DNA of 64,000 nucleotides from Octopus sinensis. Lineage: Eukaryota. The notes under the pieces are model-generated. The model saw nothing but the letters and a program-made list of their open reading frames with translations, ran no database searches and was not told the DNA's origin. Below, one piece after another: positions 52,986-64,000 of the stretch; position 1 is the first letter of the stretch; each line of letters begins with the position of its first letter. The stretch lies in NCBI RefSeq assembly GCF_006345805.1, contig NC_043021.1, positions 24,800,001 through 24,864,000 on the forward strand. Direction: 5' to 3'. Both the position numbers and the translations under genes were made by a program.

Positions 52986-53970
52986 TTAAGGAGGTTTTAT
53001 AGATTCAAGAGAATTGTCCCCAGCAGGAATCGACAAACTTCTTACTCTTTTACTCCTTTCATAAAACCATTGATAACCTGTTGAATCGAATCATGGACAT
53101 TTCTAAAATCAAAAAGTGTAATTAATAAAAAATCATTCTTTTGTGTCATTCCCACTTTCCAATAAAATTAGTGAATACTCATTAATATTGCTTCGTTATT
53201 TGGCTGGGAATAACCCCAACACTTCCAGTTCCAGTTCATTAATAATTCAGCGCTCAAAATAGTGGAGATGCGTGGTTTAGTGGTTAGGGTTTTGCACTCA
53301 TAATCCTAAGAATGTGGTTTCAATTCCTGGACCAGGCAAAGCATTGTGTTCTGGGGCAACGCACCTCATTTCCTGTTGCTTCAGTTCATTCAGCCAGCAA
53401 AAATGAATAACCTTGTGATGGGAAACCAGCCCAGTGTGGGGGGAACATATATATTACCGAATCTGGGAATCCAGCCTTATGAGCCTTTTTTTCTTTCTTG
53501 AATGCTCAAGATCATTTAAAGGGTTCATTGACCCCTTTGATATACTTTGCAGCGTTTTGTCCATCTTGACATTTTGAGTTCAAATCCTGCAAAGGCCAGT
53601 TTTACCTTTCATCTATTCAGGGTCAATAAAATAAGACCCAATTAAGCTTTAGGGTCAATCTAATCAACTATCCTCCTCCTGCCAAATTTCAGCCCCTATG
53701 CCTTCTGTAGAAACGATTATTTATTGTTGTTGTTGTTGTTGAGGTGAGTTGGCAGAATCATTAACGTTTAAGACAAAATATTTAGGGACATTTTTTCCAG
53801 CTTTACATTCTGAGTTCAATTCCTGTCAAGTTTGACTTATCCTTTCATCCTTTCAGGGTCAACAAAGTACCAGTCAGGTACTGGGGGCCAATGACAGTGA
53901 TCCTCTGCTTGTTCCCTTCAAATCTGCTGACCTTTTGCCTTATTCATATTTATTTCTATTTTTCCTTTAG

Positions 53971-54060
53971 ATTCCCGTCTTCTCAAGCACAGAATTCTGT
54001 CAGGGCAAAACAATGAGATGGGGTCTGGGCTGGAGCTTTGACGAGAGTGTCTCTTTTACC
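53971..54060 (+). CDS. METTL16: METTL16 coding exon 5
   Basis: cctttag acceptor and gtgagt donor. Reads IPVFSSTEFCQGKTMRWGLGWSFDESVSFT, containing the conserved TEFCQGxTMRWxLxWSF motif. Confidence 0.95.
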
Positions 54061-55346
54061 GTGAGTATCACTCGTCTTGTGTGAGTGAGTGTCTGAGTGT
54101 TACTTGAGCTGTTATGGTTTTGATGTATGGACAGATGTTGCTAGTGAAATGTTTACCCAAACAAATTAGCTCTCACCGGGACTTTTTTCTTTGTGTATAT
54201 TGGACTCTTTTGCCAAAATGCTAAGTAACATGGACATAAACAAACCAACACTGGTTGTCAAGGGGTGGGAAGCATAAACACAAAGACATACCCCCCACAC
54301 ACACATATATAAGCATGTACATCTACGGTGGGCTTCCACACAGTTTCTGTCTACCAAATTCATTTACACGGCATTGGTCAACCTGGGGGTTATAGTACAT
54401 TAGCTCATGGTACCATGCTCTGGGATTGAACCTGAAGCCATGTGGTTGCAAAGCAAGCTTCTTAATCACACAGCCAGTCCTGCATCAGACCGTTGTGCGA
54501 TTGATGCTTTTCAATTGTGATTTTGTGTCATGGCTGGCTTCATAAGTCCTGGTCATGGTTGGGTGGTCAAGGGGTTTGCACCTCTGTGATTTTATGTTCA
54601 ATCCCACTGCACAGCACCTTGGACAAGTGTCTTCTACCATTGCCTCAGGCCAACCAGTGCCTTGTGTGTGAAGTTGGCAGATGGAGACTGTGTTGAAGCC
54701 CATCATATATCTGTGTGTTTGTGCTTACCTCCTCCACTCTGCATCACTTAACTGGTGTTGGTTTGTTTACATCCCCATAATTAGCAGTTTGGCAAAAGAG
54801 ACCAATAGAATTATTTGCTCCTGCCACCACCGAGATCTGCCCCCTCAGTCGGATTCACCTGGGCTCACACCTGTGGCTTCCATGTTCACCGTAGCGCCCT
54901 CCTACCAGGTTTAAAAATATTGGGGTTGATCATTTCAACTGAAACCATTTGGAGTCGTGCCCCACCATGGCCACAGCCCCAAGAGTGAAACAAGGAAAAG
55001 ATGAAAGAGAGAGAAAGGCCTGAGATCAAGTCACAGCTGGCTAAGCTAGCAGGTTACTAAACAGGCTGGTTGATGGTTCATATCTCAGTATGGCACCAGC
55101 TTTGGCCCATGGCCCTGGCAGTCCACTCTTGTTGCCTCAGTTTCTCTAGAATTTTGTGAATGGGTCTTACTTCTGTAACAAGCAACAACTTGTGTGTGTG
55201 TGTGTGTGTGTTGACATCTGACTTTTCCCCACTCTCATTAATTATTTCCAGTTCCATTTCCTCTCCATCTGTGCCCAACTCTCCTCAATATATCAATATA
55301 GCATTCTTCAAATGTTATTTATTTATTTGTCTTTTCTCTCCTTCAG

Positions 55347-55472
55347 AAATCTTATTTCAAAACTGAAAAGAAAAAAGAGAAAACGCCCCTAGCACTTTGT
55401 ATTCCAACTGAAATTGCCATCGATTTTCCCACTTTATGCATTCACATCAAAGAACTTTTGCAGGAACTGAAG
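55347..55472 (+). CDS. METTL16: METTL16 coding exon 6
   Basis: ctccttcag acceptor and gtattt donor. 126 nt open in phase 0: KSYFKTEKKKEKTPLALCIPTEIAIDFPTLCIHIKELLQELK (basic linker plus start of VCR1). Confidence 0.85.
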
Positions 55473-55965
55473 GTATTTTTTTTTTCTTTATTAGGTGTTG
55501 CTGTGTAGTTGAGAGTCTTGCCCACCATGCATGTCGTTGTGGGTTCAGTCCTGCTGTACAGCACCTTTGGCAGGTGTCTTTAACATAGGCCTGGGCTGAC
55601 CAAAGCTTTGTGAGTGAATTTCGTAAACAGAAACAATAAGGGAATTTCATCATCATCATCATCATCATCACTTAATGTTTTCCATGAGTTGGAGAATTTG
55701 CCAGGAGCTTTCCAGACACCAGTTGTCCGTTTTGGCTTGGTTTTTATGGCGGGATGCCCTTAGAGTGCACTGGGTGCTTTTTACATGCCACCGGTGCAGA
55801 TGTATTTACATAGCACCAGCGTGAGTGCATTTGATGTGGCACCGGCACCTGCAAGACAAATACCTCTCAGCTGGGGGAGGGAGAGGGGGTCATGGCCATA
55901 AAAGACATTCCTGTATTTATGGATGGCCACTGTTTTACTTAGCTTGACATGCCCCGTATATATAT

Positions 55966-56262
55966 ATCACCATGACCGACCAGGCTATCAGATGTTGCTA
56001 CACATCACTGGTCACAATGCGCTTTGCATTGTTTTACCCTTCGAATGACGCCACCCCGCTGGCTAAGCGAGCAGGCCAACAGAAGAAAGAGTGAGAGAAG
56101 GTTGCGGCGAAAGAGTACAGCAGGGATCGCCACCACCCCTTGCCAGAGCCTCGTGGAACTTTGTGTTTTCGCTCAATAAACACAACGCCCGGTCTGGGAA
56201 TCGAAACTGCAATCCTACGACCGCGAGTCCGCTGCCCTAACCACTGGGCCATTGCGCCTCCA
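55966..56262 (-). mobile_element. SINE with family C head but a different 3' tail
   Basis: 56085-56262 matches family C. 55966-56079 matches the stand-alone modules at 22266-22367 and 38227-38354. Confidence 0.85.
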
Positions 56263-56263
56263 C

Positions 56264-56304
<41 letters not shown>

Positions 56305-56974
56305 TATATATGTGTGTGTATTACTGTTTCTTTACTGTAACATGTGATAGTTGTTGTAAATGAGTATCCCTGTCATACAAGCAGTGTCATTCATTTCCCG
56401 TCTAGCTCTGTGAAAATATTACTTTGCTTGGAAACAGCTAAGGGTTAGTGACAGGAAAGGCATCCGACTATGGAAAATCTCCCTCAACAAGTCTCCATCT
56501 GACCCATGCAGGCATGGAGAAGCAGATGTTAAACGATGATGATAATTTCCCCAAAAAGAGACAGGTCAACTGCTTAGAGCATCAGACAAACTGATTTTAT
56601 GTTTTGATTTCAAATCCCACCAAGGTTTGCTTTGTCTTTCCTCCTCCTCCTGGGGTTGATAAAACAAAGCAGGGGTCAAGACCTGCTTCTGTGGATGATT
56701 CAACTCTCTCTCTCTCTCTCTCTCCTTCCTTCTCCTTTAAATATGTGATCTTCATAAATGATGTTAAGAAATCATTATTGTTATTGCCAGGGTGGAAACA
56801 TCATCATCATCATCATCGTCATGTCTGCTCTCAGTTCTTTTACTCGTGTCACTCATGCAAACCCATTGGCACGCAGAGGGATCTAGACTGGTGGCCGCAA
56901 GAATTTCAAGTTCCCCTTTGTAATTTATTCAGATTAAAGGAGGAGAAAATCAATGGTGCACCTTTTTTTTTTTT

Positions 56975-57385
56975 TTCTTTTTACTTGTTTCAGTCATTAG
57001 ACTGCGGCCATGCTGGAGCACCGCCTTTAGTCGAGCAAATCGACCCCGGGACTTATTCTTTGTAAGCCCAGTACTTATTCTATCGGTCTCTTTTGCCGAA
57101 CCGCTAAGTGACGGGTACGTAAACACACCAGCATCGGTTGTCAAGCAATGCTAGGGGGACAAACACAGACACACAAACACACACACACATACATATATAT
57201 ATATAAATATATACATATATACGACAGGCTTCTTTCAGTTTCCGTCTACCAAATCCACTCACAAGGCATTGGTCAGCCCGGGGCTATAGCAGAAGACACT
57301 TGTCCAAGATGCCACGCAGTGGGACTGAACCTGGAACCATGTGGTTGGTTAGCAAGCTACTTACCACACAGCCACTCCTGCGCCT
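56975..57385 (-). mobile_element. SINE family A in the last METTL16 intron
   Basis: Reverse complement of the family A sequence. Confidence 0.9.
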
Positions 57386-57598
57386 ATGTTTATTAAAATA
57401 TCTTTCGATTGTTTTCTATTTGTTTTCCTCATAAATCTACAGGTTTAGGGTCAACATGATGTCTTGTTTAGTATACAACAGTAAAGTAATACAAAAATCA
57501 GATTTCATTTATTTTATAGACAGTGTCAATGTCTAAAAGTTATGTAATTTATTAACGAGCCTCGTTTGGATATGTAAAAATCAATATTATTTTTATGA

Positions 57599-57813
57599 CA
57601 AGAGGGTGCTGAAAAATTCCTAGGGTATTGTGAAAGGGCCTGGTTGGAGGCCCAACCTTTCGAGTTCTTTTACAGGGCTTAGAAAAACTGAAGGACCCCT
57701 GCAATAAGTGTGTGAATCTGAGAGGGGAATATGTTGAATAAACTTGTAATCAACTGATCCTCCTCTGTTTTCTTTTATCCAAAGCCAGAAACTTTTCAGC
57801 CCCCCCCCCCTTG
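57599..57813. mobile_element. Mariner-type MITE
   Basis: Imperfect TIRs caagagggtgctgaaaaattcc / agaaacttttcagccccc...cttg. Confidence 0.55.
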
Positions 57814-58244
57814 TGTATTGATTTGGGATAATGTACAAAAACAATATATTAGAAGAAATGAAATATATTTAAGTCTTACAAAGCCTTACTGTGGGTTAAA
57901 TATGAATGTAAATACATTCTTTCTCTACTATTAGTGTGTGCTAAAAAGACAGAGTGGTCAATAAACTATGAAATGGTATATAAAGAAACCTCCCTCACCT
58001 TCTTTTTTTTTCTGCATATCAGCAGCATAAAAAGAAAGCATTTACATTATTATTTGACCCACAGGCAGGCTTTGCTCTGCTTAAATTTATTCCAGTTCTG
58101 ATTAAGCTGCTATTTTACTTAAAAATAGATGTCATACATAGTTTATTTTGTATAATTTTTTAAGCTAATTAAGTTGAGAAAATGTTTAATTAATTTGGCA
58201 AAGCAGAAATGATTCTGACCCTGTCAACTGCAGCATCAGTCCAT

Positions 58245-58454
58245 ACTCTTTACTCTTTTACTTGTTTCAGTCATTTGACTGCGGCCATGCTGGAGCACTG
58301 CCTTTAGTCGAGCAACTCGACCCCGGGACTTATTCTTTTGTAAGCCCAGTACTTATTCTATCGGTCTCTTTTGCCGAACCGCTAGGTAACAGGGACATAA
58401 ACACACCAGCATCAGTTGTCATGCAATGCTAGGGGGACAAACACAGACACACAA

Positions 58455-58486
<32 letters not shown>

Positions 58487-58675
58487 ACATGCATATATAT
58501 ATACATATATACGACGGGCTTCTTTCAGTTTCCGTCTACCAAATCCACTCACAAGGCTTTGGTCGGCCCGAGGCTATAGTAGAAGACACTTACCCAAGGT
58601 GCCACGCAGTGGGACTGAACCCGGGACCATGTGGTTGGTTAGCAAGCTACTTACCACACAGCCACTCCTGCGCCT
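58245..58675 (-). mobile_element. SINE family A in the last METTL16 intron
   Basis: Reverse complement of family A. It supplies the spurious N-terminus of ORF 58416..59606. Confidence 0.9.
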
Positions 58676-58787
58676 ATGTGGCTGTAAACAGAGGAGTTTA
58701 GCTCTGATGGAGAACAATGTGTACTTCACCTGTTTATTTCATTTTTTATTGAATCCCTTGTCTCACTTTCTTTTCTCTTTCTGTCAG

Positions 58788-59606
58788 ATAAACTATGTCG
58801 AAACGAAAAGCAACAAATGGATTTTAATCATGAGTCTTTTTGCAACGGAGAACACTTGGTCTCATCAAAGACGGCAGCGCCGACAAAGACTGCGAGAAGA
58901 ACAAAGGAAACTTGCCAAAGACGGCAACACTGACAAAGACTGTGAAGAGGCAACCCCTTCTGCCAACCCTACTATTACCTGTACTTCCTCTTCTTCTTCA
59001 TCTTCTACCTCTGTCAACACGGACAGTAAAGTTTGCCGGCCAGGCTTGTCAACTGATGTAGCTGAATCGGTTGATGGCAGTGGACGTTGTGTCAGTGACT
59101 CTTGTGGCACTGGTGAAGAACTTGTGTCCAAAGAGTCTAAAGATGCTGCAGTTGAATCCATTGTTGAAGAGGAATCTTCTTATTCTTCATCAATTGAAAA
59201 AGCAACACCTTCTGCTAAAAGGAAGAGAGAATCAGAAAGTTATGAAGAGGAGGGGGAGACGACTGCAGCATCCGGTCCCAAAAGGGGTAGAAGAGGAGAG
59301 TTAGGGGTGAGTGTGGGTCAAGAGACTGAAGAGAGGGCAGAGAAAGAGGAACAGTGCAATGAGAAAAGGGACGTGCAACAGAAGACGGACGGTTGCAGCA
59401 ATGCAGCAGATGTTCGTCGTTGCAGTTTGTCCGAGGAAAGTGAAAAGGACAAAACGAGTGAGGGCAAGGATTACCTGTTTCAGTGCTCCATGTTTGTGAA
59501 GAGGAAGCTCACCTACATGCAGCTGGAGCTGGCATTGGTTGAAGGAGACGGCAGGGAAATGCTTCATCAGTTATTACAGTTTTTTAGAAATAAACTGTTG
59601 CCATGA
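58788..59606 (+). CDS. METTL16: METTL16 last coding exon (VCR1 Arg-rich segment, low-complexity acidic/Ser linker, VCR2)
   Basis: ctttctgtcag acceptor. Reads ...ATENTWSHQRRQRRQR... and YLFQCSMFVKRK...ELALVEGDGREMLHQLLQFFRNKLLP*, resembling human ENSWIHLRRKKRER and YLFKCLINVKK...EGQNRDLMNQL. Confidence 0.9.
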   Translation: MNYVETKSNKWILIMSLFATENTWSHQRRQRRQRLREEQRKLAKDGNTDKDCEEATPSANPTITCTSSSSSSSTSVNTDSKVCRPGLSTDVAESVDGSGRCVSDSCGTGEELVSKESKDAAVESIVEEESSYSSSIEKATPSAKRKRESESYEEEGETTAASGPKRGRRGELGVSVGQETEERAEKEEQCNEKRDVQQKTDGCSNAADVRRCSLSEESEKDKTSEGKDYLFQCSMFVKRKLTYMQLELALVEGDGREMLHQLLQFFRNKLLP

Positions 59607-60461
59607 CAACGACAACGAGGTATTTTTGTTTTGTTTTCCATCTCCATTATGTCTGTTGTTGTTTTATTGATTTTTTTCGTTCTTGTTTGCTTAATTAGTT
59701 TCGTTAACCAGTTTCGTTTCTATTTCACAACTGAATAATTGAGCAGACAACTATTCAAATAAATGGGTGCTGGGTGGTTAACGTGTTCACTTCACACCCT
59801 TGTGGTACTGGGTTCAATCCCAAAGCATGATCCCTTGGGTAAGTGTTTTCTATGATAGATTTTGATTGAAAATTACTTTGGTTAAGAAGCTTGCATCCCA
59901 ACCACATGGTCTTGTGTTCAGTCCCACTGCCCAGCACCTTCGATAGGTATGTTCAACTATAGCTCCAGACTGACCAAAGCCTTGTGAGAGGATTTGGTAG
60001 ATGGAAACTGAAAGAAGCCCATCAGGTGTGTGTGAGTGTGTGTACTCTTGCTATGATGTGATGGTTGTAAACAGGCATCCCTGTAATACAAGGGGTGTAA
60101 TTCATTTCCAGTCTTCCACAGGGAAAAATTTTATCTTGTTTGGAGAGAGGTGAGGGTTGGCTACAGAAAGAGCATCCTGCTGTAAAAACTGTGCTTCAAC
60201 AAATTATGTCTGACCCATGGACGTTACATGATGATGATGATGACAAAAATTAAAGAATAGAAGGTTCCAAGAGCTGACAGACTGTATGATGCTTGTGTAG
60301 GGACTGCAAAACTTCCTGATAGTGAGAAGTAGTCCCAGAATGCAGAAGACTTGTGAAGAGTGGAAATGAAGCAGGTTTGCTCTGTTGGATGAGCAAAATG
60401 TCAATGTGCATGAATGACAGAACACAAATGGGTTGAGAGAAAATCAACACGCATGTATAAT

Positions 60462-60493
<32 letters not shown>

Positions 60494-60899
60494 TGGTAAA
60501 AATGGTAAGATAACAAAAGATAACATTGACAGATATATATATATATTTTATATATTAAATTAGAGATAAAACCACTATTAGGCAAATCAAACAGTGAAAA
60601 TCATAAGCCAATACATAGAAATAAAATTAATTAAAAATTTTATAAAAATATAAAATATAAAAATCCAATTAAAATATTTGAATTAAAGTTAAAATTTTAA
60701 AAAATTATTTCAATTAATAATTTAAACTTATAAATTATAAATATATATGTGTGTGTGTGTGTGTGTGTGTATATCTCCTTTTTAATTTGTTTAGGGTAAA
60801 TGCACTCATAAAAGCTTCTATGCTTCTTCTAGTTGTCGGCTACAGCCTGTTACTGCCATCTTCCAAAGTTATATATATGGAACTCTCCCTACAACTTTG

Positions 60900-61670
60900 G
60901 ATAAATACAGTAATAATTGAAATGATTTGTGGATGGAAATTTTCATACTTTATTCCTGCCGTGTGACACGTCTCTGCATAGCACAGGTTCGTTTGCAACT
61001 GCGTTCTCACATCCATAGGATATTTTTAAATAATTTTTACAAAATATCGATGGATCTTGAGCATGTCTTTATTCCATGTCTGTGCTTCATCAGGCGTTTG
61101 ACATTCATGGTTTTTGCTGGACCAAAGTTTACATTTAAAGACCTTTACCATTATACACCAGTCAGGAAGCTCTGTTAGATTTTTGGGTGGCGCTTGTGAA
61201 TTGCCATAACTTATCAGGGAGAGAGAAATGTAGAAGAGTCAGAGGAGAAAATTGGGTGTTGCTTGCCGTCCATTATGGCCGGCCGACAGGAAAAAGGAAG
61301 AAAGTCAGGTGAAGAAACCAATTAGGTTGGAATGAGGGATTCCGAACCCCTCCTCCTCCATGTCTGTCACAGAACCCTTCCTCCTCCTCCACTCCATGTC
61401 TGTCACAAATGATTCGACACACAGGAAAATAATAAAGAACAAAGTTTCATTTTGACATTATCAGTTCCGGAACAATAAGAGACCAGAGATGACAAAGTTT
61501 ACATTAAGAACAGTGAAATTGTCTTTTACTGCTTCCAGCTGCACTGCCAGGCACCGTCTTCTTAAACGGCTCCGCTGTCTCTTCACAGTTTTTGTATTCC
61601 ATTTATCGATAGTCACTATTTCCATTATTCTCATCAGTTTTTTTCCCAAAATATAGATTTCGCTTTCATG
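60900..61670 (-). mobile_element. Probable Penelope-like element 3' remnant (GIY-YIG C-terminus plus decayed hammerhead)
   Basis: Minus strand reads LMRIMEIVTIDKWNTKTV, then RDSG after a frameshift, resembling the E..I..NRDxG end of PLE endonucleases. CUGAUGA occurs downstream at 61093-61087. Confidence 0.35.
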
Positions 61671-61866
61671 ATATATTATTATACTTACACTAAGTAGGCT
61701 GAGGAGTTGTAACGGTATCTGTAATAATTACAATCAATTACGTTCATTTACGTTTGTAGTGACATTATTCTGTTTTAATATAGAAAATCAAATCCATTTT
61801 TCTCAAGGATGCACAGTTTGAACCTTTCACTGATATACATACATACACACTCATTTATATATATAT

Positions 61867-61901
<35 letters not shown>

Positions 61902-62539
61902 CTCAGACGCCATGATAGATAGTTAGCCACTACACACATTTTTTTCTCTCCTTGTTTTTTCTGTGTCCCTTTCTTTAGAAGAGCATAGGCTCGAAACGTA
62001 AAAGACTTTTTCTATTCCTGAGCGTTATACTAATACATCTGTTTGTTTTGTACACCACCTGTCTTCGTCTTTTGCTGTTTTTTTTGTAAACTCTCCCTAT
62101 ATATATGTATATAAATGGGTCTTTTACTTGTTCCAGTCATTGGACAGGTGCCACAGTGGAGGGTTTTGTCAAATAAATCGACCTCAGGGCTTGTTTTTAA
62201 AGTCTGGTTAATATTCCTTCAGTGTGTTTTTGCTAAGTTACTGACACTGGCTTTCAAGTGCTGCTGGGATACAAACACAAAGACACACACACAGGTATAT
62301 ACACGTGTGTCTGCGTACACTGAGCTTCTTCAGTTTCCATCTCCACTCACGAAGGCTCTCATTGGCCTGACACTTGTCTTGGATAACATGCAATGGAACT
62401 GAACCTAGGATCGTATGATCACAAAAGAAACTTCTTACCACTCAGCCATGCCCATATATGTACATTAAATGAAAAGTCCTGTCGTTGATGTCTCCACCCA
62501 CTCAATTAGTTGACCTTTGATGAATTCCTGTCATTGGTG

Positions 62540-64000
62540 ACATCGTCATCATTTAACATCCACTTTCCATGATGCCATGGGTTAAACAGTTTGACTGGAA
62601 CTGGTAAGCTGCACCAGGTTCCACTTGTCTGATTTGCCATGGTTTTCTGTGGCTGGATGCCCTTCCTAACACCAACCACTCTGAGAGTGTAATCAGTGGC
62701 TTTTATGTGCCACCGGCACAAGTGCCATTTACATGACACCAGTAACAGCCAGGACTACAATTTCACAGCTGCTGTTTTACATAACACTGGCAATGGGCCC
62801 AACTACAGTTTCACTTGGTTTGATGAGTATTTTTCAAGCACAGCGTATCGCCAAAGGTCTCTGTCGCTTGTCATTGCCTCTGTAAAGCCCAACGTTTGTA
62901 GATCATGCTTCCCCTATTTCTTTACTGCCCACAAGGGGCTACACACAGAGGGGACAAACAAGGACACACAAACGGATTAAGTCGATTACATCGACCCCAG
63001 TGCGTAACTGGAACTTATTTAATCGACTCCGAAAGGATGAAAGGCAAAGTTGACCTCAGCGGAATTTGAACTCAGAACGTAGCGGCAGACGAAATACTGC
63101 TAAGCATTTCGCCCGGCATGCTAACGTTTTTGCCAGCTCACCGCCTACGTTTGTAGATCATGCTTCCCCACTTCGTCCCATCTCTTCCTTGGTCTACCTC
63201 TTCCACAGGTTCCCAACACAGAGATTGGCACTTCTTTACACGACTGTCCCCATCCATACACGTCACATGACCACACCAGTGCATTCATCCGTATTGCACA
63301 CCACATCTGATTCCTCTTATGCCCAGTTTTTCATTCAAGACACACTCTGTCGCTCATGCACACTGACATTGCACATCCAGCAAAGCATATTAGCTCTATT
63401 TCTTTCAGGCTTACGCATGTCCTCAGTAGTCATCACCCATGTTTCACTACCATGTAATATGGCTGTTCACACAAGCATCATACAGTCTGCCTTCCATTCT
63501 GAGGGAAGACAGACTGTATGATGTTACCAACAAAAGTAGAAGCTCTCTAAACTTTGCCCAGCCTGTTCTTATTCTAGCAGCTATGCTCTCAGAGCATCCA
63601 CCTCCACTGCTGACTGGGTCACCTAGGTAACGAAAGCTATCAACAACTTCTACCTTTCCCACTTAGCATTTGATAGAGTTTATTCTCTTTACATTTCTAG
63701 CGTTTATTGTACCTGTGCATCTGCCACACACACACAAAGACTATTTTCTCTGTTAACCTTCCTCTGATATTGCTGCACCTCTTATGTGTCCATAGCTTGC
63801 ACTGGGCACATCTAATGGACTTTCTGCCTATATCTTTTCTAGAGCAAGGCCATCTACCTGAAGGCATTTGTGACTTGTCCACTTGCCTTTAGTTTTTGCT
63901 AAATTAACTCTAAGGCCTTTAGATTCTGGACCTTGCTTCCACACTTAGAATTTCTTCTCTCGTTTTGATAGTGAATCAGCCATAAGAACAAGGTCATCAG
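62540..64000 (-). mobile_element. RTE-clade LINE fragment (runs off window), interrupted by a SINE
   Basis: Contains VEVVDSFRYLGD, ARIRTGWAKFRELL and the Cys-rich insert. Homologous to 27303-29140. Confidence 0.88.
62915..63146 (-). mobile_element. tRNA-derived SINE family B inserted in an RTE LINE with a 23-bp TSD
   Basis: TSD acgtttgtagatcatgcttcccc at 62892-62914 and 63147-63169. B box gagttcaaattcc. Core gcctttcatcctttcgg.gtcgat..at.agt.cc. Confidence 0.92.

Noticed and set aside
58416-58787. N-terminal 124 aa of the 396-aa ORF
   Set aside because: Read-through of an antisense SINE and intron. The real exon begins at the acceptor at 58788.
61174-61457. TG...CA bounded segment with AATAAA as a solo LTR
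   Set aside because: No target-site duplication on the flanks and no second copy in the window.

Overview
Eukaryotic, AT-rich, extremely microsatellite- and SINE-dense genomic DNA. The repeat landscape looks like an octopus genome, which is an inference. The one clearly recognisable gene is METTL16 (U6 snRNA/mRNA m6A methyltransferase) on the + strand, with 7 coding exons from 42409 to 59606 encoding about 606 aa. It has the GIDIGTG SAM motif, the NPPF catalytic motif and a C-terminal VCR/KA1-type region. Its third coding exon carries a 1-nt frameshift at about 46393, probably an assembly error. The rest is mobile DNA: at least four tRNA-headed SINE families, RTE and CR1-group LINE fragments, a deleted piggyBac, a Tc1/mariner relic and several MITEs with recognisable TIRs/TSDs. 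The most interesting non-obvious signal is a set of Penelope-like, fold-back repeats that carry type I hammerhead ribozyme motifs with palindromic stem III. One has a complete catalytic core (20028-20120), and related or degenerate copies lie near 4262, 7830, 13900, 47415, 48076, 61090 and 61975. Almost all ORFs in the supplied track are microsatellite or SINE artefacts.
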